A stretch of DNA of 64,000 bases from Phoronis australis (Eukaryota > Animalia > Phoronida), in the NCBI GenBank assembly GCA_002633005.1, contig NMRA01000016.1:1248897-1312896 (forward strand), in the 5' to 3' direction. The position numbers and the translations under genes are program-made. The stretch's first letter is position 1; every line of letters starts with the position of its first letter. The notes under the pieces were generated by a model. That model did no database searches. It saw nothing but the letters and a program-made list of their open reading frames with translations, and was not told the DNA's origin. Shown one piece after another: positions 38,301 through 51,538 of the stretch.

Positions 38301-39674
38301 TTTTGTGAGTATTTTGGGGGAGGGGGGCAATTTTGTTTCTTTGTTTAAAATGATCCCGCGTATAAAGAAAGTTGCAATGTTAACTAAAAAGCATCTCAAA
38401 GCTACATGTACTATATTGCAAACAACTATAAGACTGAAAGCAAAAAGTTAAAATGTGAAATTACGTGTATGCACGTTAACGTACTATCTCTCTAAGTTTA
38501 GTATAACGGGGTCATTGGTAGACGCTCGTGAAACTATTTCCGTAACATAGCACACTCACAATACGCCATTTCAGATCATGTTCCAACGCTACTTTCTGTT
38601 TTTAACCACCAGTCTTGAGCCTGAATAGATTCGTGTAGTTAAGTGTTATGGAAATGTCACCCAGCGACGTAATAAAATTATGAATGTGTAAACAGCGCAA
38701 AGATACATCTATCACCGGAAGACGTGGGTCGAGAGTATTGTTGGTCGTGAGGCGAGGTCGTGGGTCAAGGGGGTCGTGGGGTGTGGGGGTCGAGGGACTC
38801 GAGGGGATATTGTGACAACCCGTAGCCGAGTGTTGGCTACGGGAGATTCACAAACTTATGATAGTAACAATGAATACCATTAGTCACAGGCAAAAACAGA
38901 TAAAATCTGGGCAATATACATGTATAAACGAACTTGTATAAAAAGAACTAAAATTACAATCAAAAAACAACCAAGAAATAATAACACCTTAACGCTCACG
39001 GTGATATCAATACGTTTTCAGGGACAAGATGACTGTTATTCAGCAGTCCTTCCTCAACTGATGCAGAGTTCACCGAAATAGACGGGAGTGGTCTATGATT
39101 TTAGTTTAGGTTTTTAGTTTGATAACAGAAAGGAGGTAAATATTGTGTCATATTACTTAACATGGTGTATATTTTTAAGTGTTTGGAATAGATTTCCTTT
39201 GAGATAAGGACTTTAAGGTAACGTAATCAACGTTCAACAAAATGGGCAGGGGTTTCCCCTAAGACAGGGGATGCCGCCCACTTGGGCATTTCAATTTAGT
39301 TGCAGTTCAACACAACCACCAAAGTAATTGATGTTTTCGAAAAAATTGATACGGGACTCCCCTGTCCCCGGATTACGGCGGGTGATGACAGCCACTTGGG
39401 CATGCTAATTAAACAGTTCATTGCAGCCATGTACTCCAGTTAACGTTCTCAAACAATTGACCTATCACAAGCTCCGCCCCCTTGCGTAATGTTGACTAGC
39501 AAACAATAAGTTTTACCCGCAACGTGTTGTTTGTCGGGTAAAATGGCGGCTTGGAAACAAAGGTGTGTCAATAATGATGCGTTCTAAATGGTCAGTTAAG
39601 CCGTCACTCAAAATCTTGGCCATAGGGATACTCCTGTCCCTGGATTATGGCACTGGATGCTCACAACTTGCTTA
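35337..39674. repeat. ~2.17-kb near-identical tandem duplication joined at N (37506), likely an assembly artefact
   Basis: 35337-37505 vs 37507-39674 with only a handful of differences. Confidence 0.9.
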
Positions 39675-42600
39675 ACCATTCAAACCTTATTCACAAAAAT
39701 TGTCCGTTTTCACAATATTTTACACAACGTGTAGCAAAATACCCTATCTACACTCTCGGGAACCTTCAAATGCGACGTATGCACCGTATAAGTGCAACTA
39801 CCTTCAACAGCGTGGCAATTTGTTTTCTACTTATCCGAAGTCAAAAGTTACAGGGCTGTCACTCAAATAGAATCTCCCGCTTACAGGCATAGAGCAGTTT
39901 CGTATGTATCCTCAGTCCTTTCATTCACCGAGTCGACATAATATTGACCGAGTCAACGAGGTGTACATGGCATAGCAAGATGTCACGGAAAATGACGATA
40001 AAACGTAGTTTTGATCCGGAGGGAGTTATGCATCTGCATGCATAAGACCACTGAGAACGAATGAACCGAGTCTGAGCCGTTGAATTGTCTGTTTGATTCA
40101 GTGTTCACTAACACAGCAAGTTGTTAAAAAAGATGAATCCTCCCCGACATTCATTATTTTGATAGGTAATTTGATTTTTCCCTATTTCAAGCTCGTGGTT
40201 ACGGGGTTTCGTTCTTGGTTTCATGATGTTATTCTCCCCGGCGCGTAGTGTGTACACAATGAACTGTTGGCCTAGTTGACATGAGGTGTATCCCTCGTAC
40301 AAAGTTAAAATGTTTTGGTTATAATAAGTTCTCGAAAACGGCTGGATGGTCTTCGCTGAAACTTTCCAAACTTAATATTTATTCAACAATCTCAAAAAGG
40401 CCGTTAGGATTTTTCGCATGCCTTGTTTTTGTGTAATGTAAGAAAGACGATTACGACTATTATTTTTCAAAAATATCTTACGTTTTGCGAGTTTATTTGT
40501 CATAGAAACCAATGTAAGAGACTAATCAAAAATTCCTAATAGCGTTTTTAATATAACTGATGAAGCTTTTATTTAAAAAAGGTTTCATTAAAATCGACTT
40601 AGGCGTTGTTTTGTTATGAATGTACCTTTCTTAGAAGGAAATTTTGACTTTAAAAAGGTGTTAATGTAATAATCATTATAATGTCACATAAATATAAAGT
40701 TTATTTTTATAATCCCTGATATTTTTTGGAAAATATATTATTTTACTTGTTGAAAACGCCTGTTTTTTGTATACGATTTAGAATGGAGGCCACTAAATAA
40801 GGTTTGAGATTAACTTAATATTACACACTCAGTATGACGCCATATCCCCTGAGGCGAGCAGTGCAAAAATGGCCAACTGCAGATTTAGGCAACTGGACGA
40901 AGGGCTGTTAAAAAGGTTGATCGTGGGAGTATTTGCTTGAGCAGGGAAGAAATAAAGACATTAACACGCTCCCAAGGCGACTATCTACTCGCAAAAGGTA
41001 CTTCTAGACTCATAGCAACATGACTGTGATGCGAATTGTGCCGGAAAGATTCCAACGTATAAAAGGCCTATGGCGTAGCCATCATCTCTACTGGTGGCGT
41101 TTGAGACAGGCTAGGGGCTGAATAAGCTAAAACAACCTAGTGATAATATTGAATACACTTGGAAAACACAAAGCTATACCGTACAGAAATTCGTTACTGT
41201 TATGTTTTCAAAGCTAGACAGCTTTCCTTGTTTCTCTTTCTTGAAATGTGGTCCATTTCATACTTTTCCTGCGTGCAACTGGTTATTTTTTTTTCTAGGA
41301 GCCAGTTCTTGGGTTTGTTGCTTGAAATTTTGAAAGTCTGATTGATTTTCACGGGAAATGTGGTTCAACATCTCTGCCACTTTCAGTAGCGTCAATCTGC
41401 GTGCTCAAACTCGGAGTTTCGGTTTGATATTTTTGTTCTTCTATAGAACAGAAAACCAGAGGCTTTGATTTTGAAGTTGAGAACAAGTTATAAGAACTGA
41501 TTTTGGAGCCTGGTGTCAAGACCTTGGCTGTTGTTTTATATCATTCCTTAACAGTCCAGTCCTTCGCTTCTCTGTACGCATAGCACATCACACGGTATGC
41601 GTCTGCTAACGTTTACTGTGCTCCACAGTAGACACCTCTAAGTGTACTTCTACATGTAGATGTGCAGGCAAGCCACGAATAACTATTTTAGAACGCTAAC
41701 AAATCAATTCAAGGACTCATTGTGAACACTGAAAACGGGTTCTGGTGGTGCGTTTATTCATGAAACTTTTGATGTCAAGTATTTCAAGTTTATTTCATGA
41801 AAAGTATAATAAACTTCGAAGTGTTTTGTATTCAATTGAAACTTTGATACCTATACTTTCTATGGTGTATTTAAATATCTAGAACAATTTCAGTCTCCAG
41901 AGTTAGGCAACATGAACAATGGGACATGACGTGATGCGTAATTTATAAACTTGAGCATTCGAAGAAATGCACCATCGAGTTGGACTCGTGCCCATTTATA
42001 ATAAGGACAGTCTCGTTACCCAACCGAAAATTTCCCGGTTTAGTGTTGCGTTAGGTAAACACGTTGTTTTTTAGCAACTCGGCGAAAAAATGAATAATTC
42101 TTGTCTGCTGTGATAAAAAGTGTCAGATTTATTAAAGTATCGCATGTTAGTCTGTCACCGAATGTCTATTGTGGGAATATTCTTAAACGTTCATTTACTT
42201 CTGTTATGTTTGGAAATTAAGATTTGGTAAAATGCTATTTAAGGGAATAAAATAGCATACGAATTTGGTTGTGAGAAGTTTAAATTTTCTTATTGAGTTC
42301 CAAAAAAACAGTTGACAACGACAAAGGTAAGCTTGCTGCTCCTTTCACTCTTCGAGCAAAGCGCATGAATTAAACTAACATTGCAGGGGTGTTTTCGTGA
42401 CCCATCTCAGTAAAAAATAACTAAAAAAAACATTCTTGTGATAATTTTAGTCGTGTGTAAGTGGTTTCGTGGCAGACTCACACTGTTACTGACCAGAACA
42501 TTTATCAATATGTGGGACGTAGGCTAAATAAAATTACATATCAACGCATTTCAACATGACAGATGTAACATGCATGTTTTCAACACAAGTTATACGCCAC

Positions 42601-43189
42601 AGCAACGACTTGGTGGTACTCGACTATTTAAACTGTTTTGGGAAACTTTGATGATCGAACTGGCTAACGACGTCGAGTCGATATTGACTTACTTTTTAAA
42701 TGTCAGAGGGCACTGCTGAAGTAGTCCGGAGGGGAATACGTAAAACAATATCACGTGGCCTTCTTGTACTCGACTGATTCAACGCGTATGGGATAAAGAT
42801 AAATATACAGCCGTTTTCTCTCTATAATCAGGGTCGTCCTACTGCTACTGGACAAAAAGTATGAAAATGGGGACAGCTAATACGGTGTCGGAAATACGTT
42901 ACATTGTGATGCTATCTCTTGTTGATATCTAAAAACGCATTTAGCGTTATTCGGACAGTGTATAATTATTCAAACTGAATTTCATGCAAAAAGAAATTCA
43001 TTCCAAATAATGGGAATCTAAAACGAAATCTAAATAACAATTCAGAAAACGTACCTCAAGAGGTTTTGTTCAGTAGATGCCTTATTGGTTTTAAAGGTAA
43101 GCTATTTTTAAAGGGTAATAGACCCTGTTCCGGTGATTTCAACCAAATGTGTTTTGTGGTTCGTGAGGTTTGCAACAAAGCATTTGTCA

Positions 43190-43845
43190 TGACTTCTTTT
43201 TGAGAAGTCGAAAGTGTTTTACAAATGAGGAAGTCTTCTGTGCAAGGAAATAATAAAAAACTGGATAACCCTTCAAAAGAATGTGGGTATGTCGGAAAGA
43301 TCAAAATCTTAGAAAAGAAAAACTCAGTGACAATGCTTGCATGACCGCTATTCAGCCACTGATATGAAAAGAATCATTTTCACTGATGAAGAAGACTTGA
43401 CTCCAGAAATCGCTAAAAATCGCCAACAGGATCGTGTTTATGGGAAACAAAACGAGAAATTCAGCCTTCTCGGAACTATCAGAAGACGTGAAGGAACACA
43501 AACATTAATTTTATTTACACTGATATTGTCAAGGTTAATAGTCAATGCTACATGCAGTTGTTGGATGAAAATCTCCAGGATTGCAGGCGACTTTATCCTG
43601 GAAACAAGTACGAGTTCCAGCAAGATGGGGCTCCTTCACTCACGATCAAGATAACCCTGGCTCGTTTGGAAGAGGCCACACCAAAATTCATCAAAACGGA
43701 TGAGTGGCCTCAACTCAGTCCTGAATGCAATCTAATAGACTATGCCATACCTGACTCTTTGAAGGAGGGAATGAGAGACAAATTGACTGAGCAGGAGATA
43801 AAAGACGAGAATTATATCATGGGAGGAAATCTCAATGGAAGAAGT
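43190..43845 (+). mobile_element. Decayed Tc1/mariner-superfamily transposase
   Basis: RIIFTDE...NRQQDRVY...FQQDGAPSL...EWPQLSPECNLIDYAI matches the FSDE / FQQDGAPxH / WPPxSPDLNPxD motifs; frameshifted; absent in unit A. Confidence 0.85.
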
Positions 43846-44540
43846 ACACAAAACGTACCGAGGGTGGCATAGATAAAGAAATATCCCAAGAGACAATATT
43901 CCGAAGGTCTCGGTTGATACGCGGAATAATTTCGAGAGGGATATTACTTCATTTACGCTTTGTATTTCTCCCATACGCGTCAAAATCCTAATTTTCTTTC
44001 ATCCAGATATTTCACGTGGCGGATCACATCTTAAATGTATGAACTTATGCGTTAGGATACAGGTTTTCTATAGTAAAAGAAAGAGTATTAAATGTAACGA
44101 TTTATTACTTAAAAAGAGATAACAAAGACGAAAACAACGATAATTGTGCACTGAACATTTCCTGGAAATAGTTTTAAAAATAATAATATTATTGATATTG
44201 TTGTTACCGAGTAATCGGCGTCTGGCTTGCAGACGATATGATATTTAGCAATTAAAAACTGGGGCACAAGTGTCATATAATTAATAGTTTTGTTCCAGAT
44301 GTTAAGATTGGGACCTGACTGCATGTTGAGTGTTACTTGCACGGCTGCAGTTGTGTTACTTTGACCTATTTTCGAACAGTTTGATGATCTAACAGACTAA
44401 CAACGTTGATCCCACATTGACCTACTTTTTGAATTTTCCATGTCAAAGGGCACTGTTGAAGTAATGCGGAAGAGGAATTCGAAAAACAATATCACGTAGC
44501 CGTATTGCACTCGACTGATTCAACGCGTATGGGATAAATG
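43843..44540 (-). mobile_element. ~700-bp non-autonomous element, inverted copy of 54955-55686; further partial copy ~42630-42800
   Basis: Both ends match the 54955-55686 element in reverse complement. Confidence 0.65.
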
Positions 44541-44840
44541 CTCAGAGGCATTTCTGGTTTGAAGAAACTGTTTCTTTTATTCGATATATCATTGTTGCTG
44601 CTGACGTTTTTAATTTGACAGTACTCGCACAATTGAACATAGATCACTTTTATATTTCGCACATTTGTTGATGATATCCTCAGGTTTATCTGTAAGAAAT
44701 CTGAAAAATGTTTTCTCTGTTGATGAGAAATTGCTAGTCAAAACGTAGTTCACTTTCTTGGGACACATTTTATCACGCCAAGCTTCGACCGGGAAAATAT
44801 CGTCTGCTAAAGTAGGTTACCACTGGTAACTGAGTATAAT

Positions 44841-46559
44841 CAAGGAGTGTAGTAGTAAAGGAGAGTTCAGTTGTGAGTTCGCTGTTACCGCTAATACCAG
44901 CGCCGTCAAGTGGTGACTAAGCAACTGTCAACCAGGAAGCGCCAAAACAATGGGGAAGGACGCATTTTGCAGTGCGATGAATTGCATGAATTCATCCACG
45001 AAAACCCCAGACGTGTCATTTTTTTAGGTTTCCTAAGGATCGAGAAAGGTAAGGATTATCTGTTATTGGCTTTCATTTTGTGTGTTCTGTTCACGGTTGT
45101 TAGACCAGTCGATCGCAGTCCCGTTGCCACTGTTGTCTGCCGTGTAGGCTAGGCCTACTGTACAGCCGGGCTGCCGGCGGAAGGACTATGATGAACGTAC
45201 GATGTGATCGTCAGCTTTTTGGATACTTGCAGTCCATGAATTCCAAATCAAAATGCCATCCGTACGATCGCAGGGATAATTTTAGGAAAACATACCCATG
45301 CCCATGGCCATGGGTAATATGACTGGTGACACGGCCATGGCACAATCACAGCCACAGGGCCACAAGTCTGTCGTGAGTCAAGTTAGGGAATCTGTGGGTC
45401 TCGGTGAAAAGGTGAAAAAATCAACATAAGTTTAATGTGCCAGTTGGACCAATTAAGTTAAGCAGTGCGTTATTCAAAACTTAATTCTATGTGCCAATGA
45501 TGCGGGGGCGCGGCCCTGATAAAATGTCCGTGGATCAATATTTGAGTCCGAGTTTTTTTCAGTTGAAACCAAAACGCTATTGTCTCTATCACAATCACAG
45601 TACGACAGGAATTCTGTAGTGTAGTGTACTTTAGTGTAGGCTACCAGTCTTCTGTGAGCCTAGTGAGTATGAGGTTTGTTCCTGAGTCTCTCAGTCATTG
45701 ATTTCTGTTCAGGTGCAAGCGCTGGGAGCTGACCTTATGAATAGAGATGCAGCCTATTTGTCCAAGAACTGCAAGTTATGCTCTCATCACTTCGAGGACT
45801 CCATGTTCATGAGTGAAGAACAAGCTGGTATTGACTGCAGTGCCCGAACAATATTTGATGTCCCGAATCCACCAAAAATGAAGATGTCAGGGTCAAAAAG
45901 TTCATCGGAAATTATATTACAGCTCTGGAATAGGCTTTTTGCATTTCTGATTATCGTCTCACAAAGCAAGTACAGTGGAAGATCACGAGTAGAAAGGACA
46001 ATTAATCAAAATCTGGTTTTCGCATTTTATTAAGGTTGATCAGATTGAAACATTTTATGAACGGTTCGCCTGTGATTTGGAGAGAGCCAAAGTGAAACTG
46101 ATGGATCATTCAGAGTCTGAGTGGTGGGCTGAAATTTTGTTAAACCCAAGCTGTCCGTATCATTTGCTTCAAGATGACAAACACCTCTGTGAGTAAATTA
46201 GTTTTCAGCTTTATTTATAACGCACTTCTTTGGCGAAAAGTGCTGTTGTTTGCTAGTGAATTAATAGAGAGTGACAAGGTTGGTCAGATTTTTTTGTTGT
46301 ATTGGTTGGTGTATGTGTTGCCTATTTTGTACGTTTTTGGAAATTGTGATTAATTTAAGCCCCAGTTGTGGCTAGATGTATCAGATATGATCTTGTGGTC
46401 TGGCTTTAACTTACCTGAAATATTTACTGTTATTGATAATAGGAACAGTGGGTATATAAAATAAAATTTTGGTTTTATCATCCTAGTGTTTCGACCGGTA
46501 ACCATTATGGCGAATGGTAAAATGGCGGAGTGAACTCTCCTGTACTAGTACACTCCTTA
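44841..46559 (+). mobile_element. Non-autonomous THAP-containing DNA transposon (P-element-like) with ~31-bp TIRs and 7-bp TSD
   Basis: TIR caaggagtgtagtagtaaaggagagttcagt / agtgaactctcctgtactagtacactcctta; TSD gtataat at 44834-44840 and 46560-46566; internal spliced THAP relic. Confidence 0.8.
44950..45885 (+). pseudogene. Two-exon THAP zinc-finger domain relic
   Basis: Exon 44950-45048 reads MGKDAFCSAMNCMNSSTKTPDVSFF(+1 T)RFPKDRE|GTAAGG. The exon from 45713 (ttcag|) reads CKRW...LCSHHFEDSMF...AVP-like TIFDVPNPPK. This is the C2CH THAP signature with frameshifts. Confidence 0.8.
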
Positions 46560-46800
46560 GTATAATGCTCAAGCCAAAGGATCTTGACGACAGATATCCG
46601 CATTCAAATTAGAGATCGGTGATTTACTACAAGTGAGAGAACACGAGAGAAACCTTTCACTGAATTAAAATATCGCTTTTATGGAAATTATGAGTCTTAT
46701 TTTTTATAGTGAATACGTGTCAGTACAGTGCCCTTTGTTGAACATGCCATTGTTGCGCGTGCTCATTTAAGTGTTCTATTTTAACGTTCCCGATGACGTC

Positions 46801-46880
46801 AGCCGCTGAGTGTGATATTGGTGAAGTCGACGACTCTAAACCCTTGCGGCCCGGGTTCGAAACTGGCCTCAGTTTCCGCC
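46801..46880 (+). mobile_element. tRNA-like SINE head fragment
   Basis: B-box ggttcgaaac at ~46854 preceded by a tRNA-like 5' segment; no clean cloverleaf. Confidence 0.35.
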
Positions 46881-48924
46881 AAAATGATATCTCACTAGTG
46901 AGATAACTAAATGGGTTATTATACGGTAGTATTGGCCATTCGACGCTAATATTGTGGTATAAAATTAGTTATGAAATACGTTATTTTACTTTTCCTGGTA
47001 TAACTATAAACCATCAAGAGTTGATGAAGGTCTTTTAAATGATATGACTCATATGCAATTCGGTTGAAAAAAGGACAGAGTTGTGAAATGTTTAGTGACA
47101 TTAAGAAGGCCCCAGTTGTCCCGTTGACATAGTATTAAAAACATTTTTGCTATTATTTGTCCTATGTACATGATTTTGCAATGGTATTAGAGCTCCGATG
47201 GTGTTGGTCATATACAAATATTTTAAGGACAGTGCAAACTTCCGACATTATTGTTTTTATATGCTACTTCTAGCCGTTAGGCATCTTTAGCACCCACTGC
47301 CAGCTTCCCAAAGTGTGGAATGATAAGCAAATTAATACTCCTCCGTTTAACACTGTTTAGGGCCACTGGATCGCAAAAGTACTCCAAAAATGTACTTGAA
47401 ATTTTTTTGGGAGTAATAATTATTGATAGCAGTTTTGAACATAAAAACAAGAATTATTAGTCCCCATACAGGTGACTCGACCAGTTATCAGAATTAACAA
47501 TCTAGGTCACGTGATGTGACCGACTTATGGCGCGTATAACGACTAATAATTCTTGCTTAACCGATATCAACCCACTGATTTGTAACACAACAATTATACA
47601 GTTCTAAACTTACTTCGTTTGAACTAAACAAACATTCCACTCTCATCCCTACATTACTCAACAAGACCCAACACCGGAACAAATGAAAACCAACCAATTC
47701 CACACATGCGCGGCGCAGCCTCAGCTACGTGAGATCAAAGTTGCTATCGAGTTCCTTGATGGATTTTCATGAAATTCGCTATTAGTGTTTCAATTAAGAA
47801 GAGTAAACCTCACGATAATTTTGTGACCAATCCGATCACTGTGGCCTCCCCTTGTGATAATTTATATTTTCTTTGCATGTGGCTCTATTTTTACCATGTT
47901 CTTTGATGCATTTTCATAAAATTCTTTCAAGAATTCCAATCAAGGGGAATACATTTTAAGATGATTATTTGACTAATCTGATTACTGTACCTTCCCTCGT
48001 GGCAATTTAGTTTTTCTTTACGTGTACCTCTATTTCTGTCATGTTTCGTGATAGATGTTCATGAACTTTGTCGCCTGCCTTCTTTCAGACGGATTTGTCT
48101 GATGTTGTGCCCCCTCGAGGCCTTTTTGTGTCATATGATACATGATATTCAAAATCAAACACAAACTTAGCGTTACAGTCATTCAACGCTTAGCTTTGAT
48201 CTTGTTTACAATATAGTGATCACAGGTATGTTCATTAGTGCTCCTTGAACCTTTGGTTTGCGAAATCTGTTAGTTGCACTTACACAACTGTTAAAATAAT
48301 CACCTGGACTGATGATGGTGTACAAGTATTTACTTGATATTCAGGTATCAGTACCTCTTCACCTATATGTCAGTTTCTGTGTCTGCTTGTGTGTCTCAGT
48401 CTGTCGGTCTGTGCGCCGTATTTCCTGTGTTCAACTTAGCTGCGACTCATAATCATATCATGATGGAATTATTCCTTTTCAGAAAGTTAAAACTCAATTT
48501 CCGTTGATAATAAGAGCTTCTGTTAATTTATTTATTTGAGTGAAAAAATTTAAATTGTTTACATACAAGTGTAACTTTTAATTAACAATATCTCCATTCA
48601 AATGTTGACAAAAATACAGTTTGCATTTTTATTGCGTTGAGTTTTCTAATGATCACGCGCTTATCTTGTAATGCATGACGATACGTCACACAAACTTGAT
48701 TTCGGTGTTTTGCAAGAAACTGTCCCTAAGCAGCACAGCCCTGGTTGAGTAAACCTTAGTTACCAAGTAGCCTAATGGTGGCGAAATACTGCAATCAGCT
48801 ATTAGAAAATAATGGATTGGTTCTGGATTAAAAAAAGACAGGATAGTTCAAGGCAGATCTGTTTTCATGAAATGAAAATTCTTGTTCACATGGTAAAGTT
48901 GAAAAGTAACGTTGTTTCTTGATT

Positions 48925-51501
48925 CTACGGAAGCTCCTCGATGAGAACCGAACATCCGCTGTTGTAGCATGTTTGCGCATTGCCTATCAGGAGCCCGGAG
49001 CACGCCCCAACGCGCAGCTGGACCTGTATGTTGCCAGACCCACTGACGTAGCATAATCCAGAAACTGTAAAAGAGATTGCAATGCACTAATGTATTCCAC
49101 AGTTCTGCCTTAAGTAAGAGCTGGGTTTGTTGTATTTCATGGGGGTAGTGCTGACGGTGGAGGGGTGGTGGTAATGGTGATGATTATGGTGGTCATTTTG
49201 GTCGTGTAAGTGGTGATTGGCCTGGTGATCGTTACAATAATACTGGTGATATTGGTGGTGGTGATGATGGTGAGTTTGATTAAAGGGTGGTGGTAGCAAA
49301 AGTGGAAGTGTTAAGGTTAGAAATGGTGGTGGTTGTGGTGCTGGTGGTTGTGCAGGTGGAGGTGGTGGTGGTGACGGTACTGATCGTAGTGGCGAGAGCA
49401 TGTATCTAACACAGAGCCTTTATCGCGTCAAATCTGTGGGCCTAAAATGTCATTAAGAATCATTGTGTAGAGACAATGGCTTAAGCCAAGACCGTATAGG
49501 TAGTATCGTACATTAGCAATCATTGAAACTTGCCAAGAAACTCAAAAGGTGAAATTTCATTTTGAGGATACTCTCCAAGTCAATTGTTAAATCGTCAGTA
49601 AGGTTATTATGAACAATGAGAAATTTAGGTACAAGATACATGTATCTCAATGCCTAGGTCAATCTCATGTCACTGTCTTTTGAAATCAAAACTAAAGTAG
49701 AACACCTCTACAAAAGGGTTTTTGGAACAGAAATACTTACATTGATTACCACGTTGGACAGTTACCGTCTTCGGATTCTGGTACACTATGGTGTCAATTG
49801 GGCCGCGATTTGTGCACTCCTGGCCGTTGAAGGTGAAATACCAACGATTACAGCGAACGCCGGCTCCTGCCGAACCATACATGCCAAGGACGCCACTCCA
49901 CGTGACCCGCAGCCAGGTATAAGAGTTCCTCTTGTAGATTGACATGGACTAAAATGTAATAGTTTTTCTTCAAATAAGGTTGCCGAAAAAGAAAGATCGT
50001 CAATCTGCCTCAGTTAAAGTTCATATTCACTTACCATCGCTGCCCATGCATCATATTCTTAGTGCACGGCGTCATTATCAACTTCATGTATCGTCTCCAA
50101 GACAGAAATTGAATGAAATATCTTCCCTTCAATTATTAATGAAATACACGTTATCTCTTTCTGTAGATCATGTTGTGACGCAACTTTCTGTTTTAAACCA
50201 CCAGACTTCACCCAGAGCAGATTCAAGTGCAGATAAGTCTGCTGGGAAGTCATTCAGCGACGTGATATGATTATGAAAGGTGTAAAATCGTAAAGATACA
50301 TCTATTGCCACAGGCGTGGGTCGTATGGGTCGTTGGATGTGGGTGTTGTGGGATGTGGGGGTCGAGGGGTTTTAGAACAATCCCGTTGTTTGTCTTGTGG
50401 TACGGAGATTCAAACCTGGAAACAATGGTCTCGTCGGCAACTTTTCTCTTCACGTCGTAGAGGTTCCCATTTAAAATACGGGGGGTTCGTATTTATTATA
50501 CTTTTTCTTGATAAAATTACACAAACTGCCTAGGACTAAATGTAATGTCATTTTCATTAGATGACTTTGGCTCGTGTAAACCAGGATTTTTCGTTTCATG
50601 CCAGAATGTTGAAGCCTAAAACCAAGAGTAGACACCTACCGCAATGACACCATTGTCCACGCCAGACGACCAAGCCCGGTTCCAGTAGTAGTAGCGTCTG
50701 TTACTGTAATCACGAAATACAGGTGTATGGATGATTGTAGAAAACTCCGATTCAGAAGGGATGTAGACACTCAAATTGGGATTGTGCTGCTGAATATATT
50801 CCCCCTCGTTTATGTAATTTGTTGATAACACTGTATTAACAATCGTATGTCGTCTCAATCAAAATATGGCAACACGGCAGGATCCTCGTTTTATTGAAAA
50901 TTTGACACGATACATAAGAAAAAGCTATATAGTATCTGTAAGTCAAATAGTATGAGATGATTTCAAGACGACTGTTTTATAAAAACGGGCAGTGGATCAG
51001 TTGTGTAGCACAAAATAAATCTCTCTTTCCAGTGAAACCATTTATCAAAATTTTGATCGATTGTTGAAATTAACAACTTACCTGAGCTGGCTGATCCTAT
51101 TGTTAAGTTCCTGGAATAGATAAACAGCACTGACTATCACACATAGATTTATTTAATTGAAGAAGGTATGAAGATGTATCAGACAAATTTAAATCAACCG
51201 TTATTTATTATTCCAAGACGACTGGCATAAGAAAGGCCATTTTCAGCGGATCGTTTTGTTTGCAATAAAACTTATCAAGATCTTTACCACGTGTTTCACT
51301 TCCAAAGTCCTGCTAATCTTGATACTTTAAAACAATATCTTCCATATATATTAAAAGTGATAGGTGTAAATTTATAACGGTAATCTTGTATATATCATTG
51401 ACATTATTGCTGCGTTTCGATATGTATGTTTATTGTACCTGTAAATATGTACATTCACCTGTATTAACTGATATATATATATATATATATATATCTTTAT
51501 C

Positions 51502-51538
<37 letters not shown>

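Noticed and set aside
35457-38451. Duplicated ORFs 35457/37626 and 36079/38248 as tandem genes
   Set aside because: Non-ATG starts, no domain, and identity is explained by the N-joined assembly duplication.
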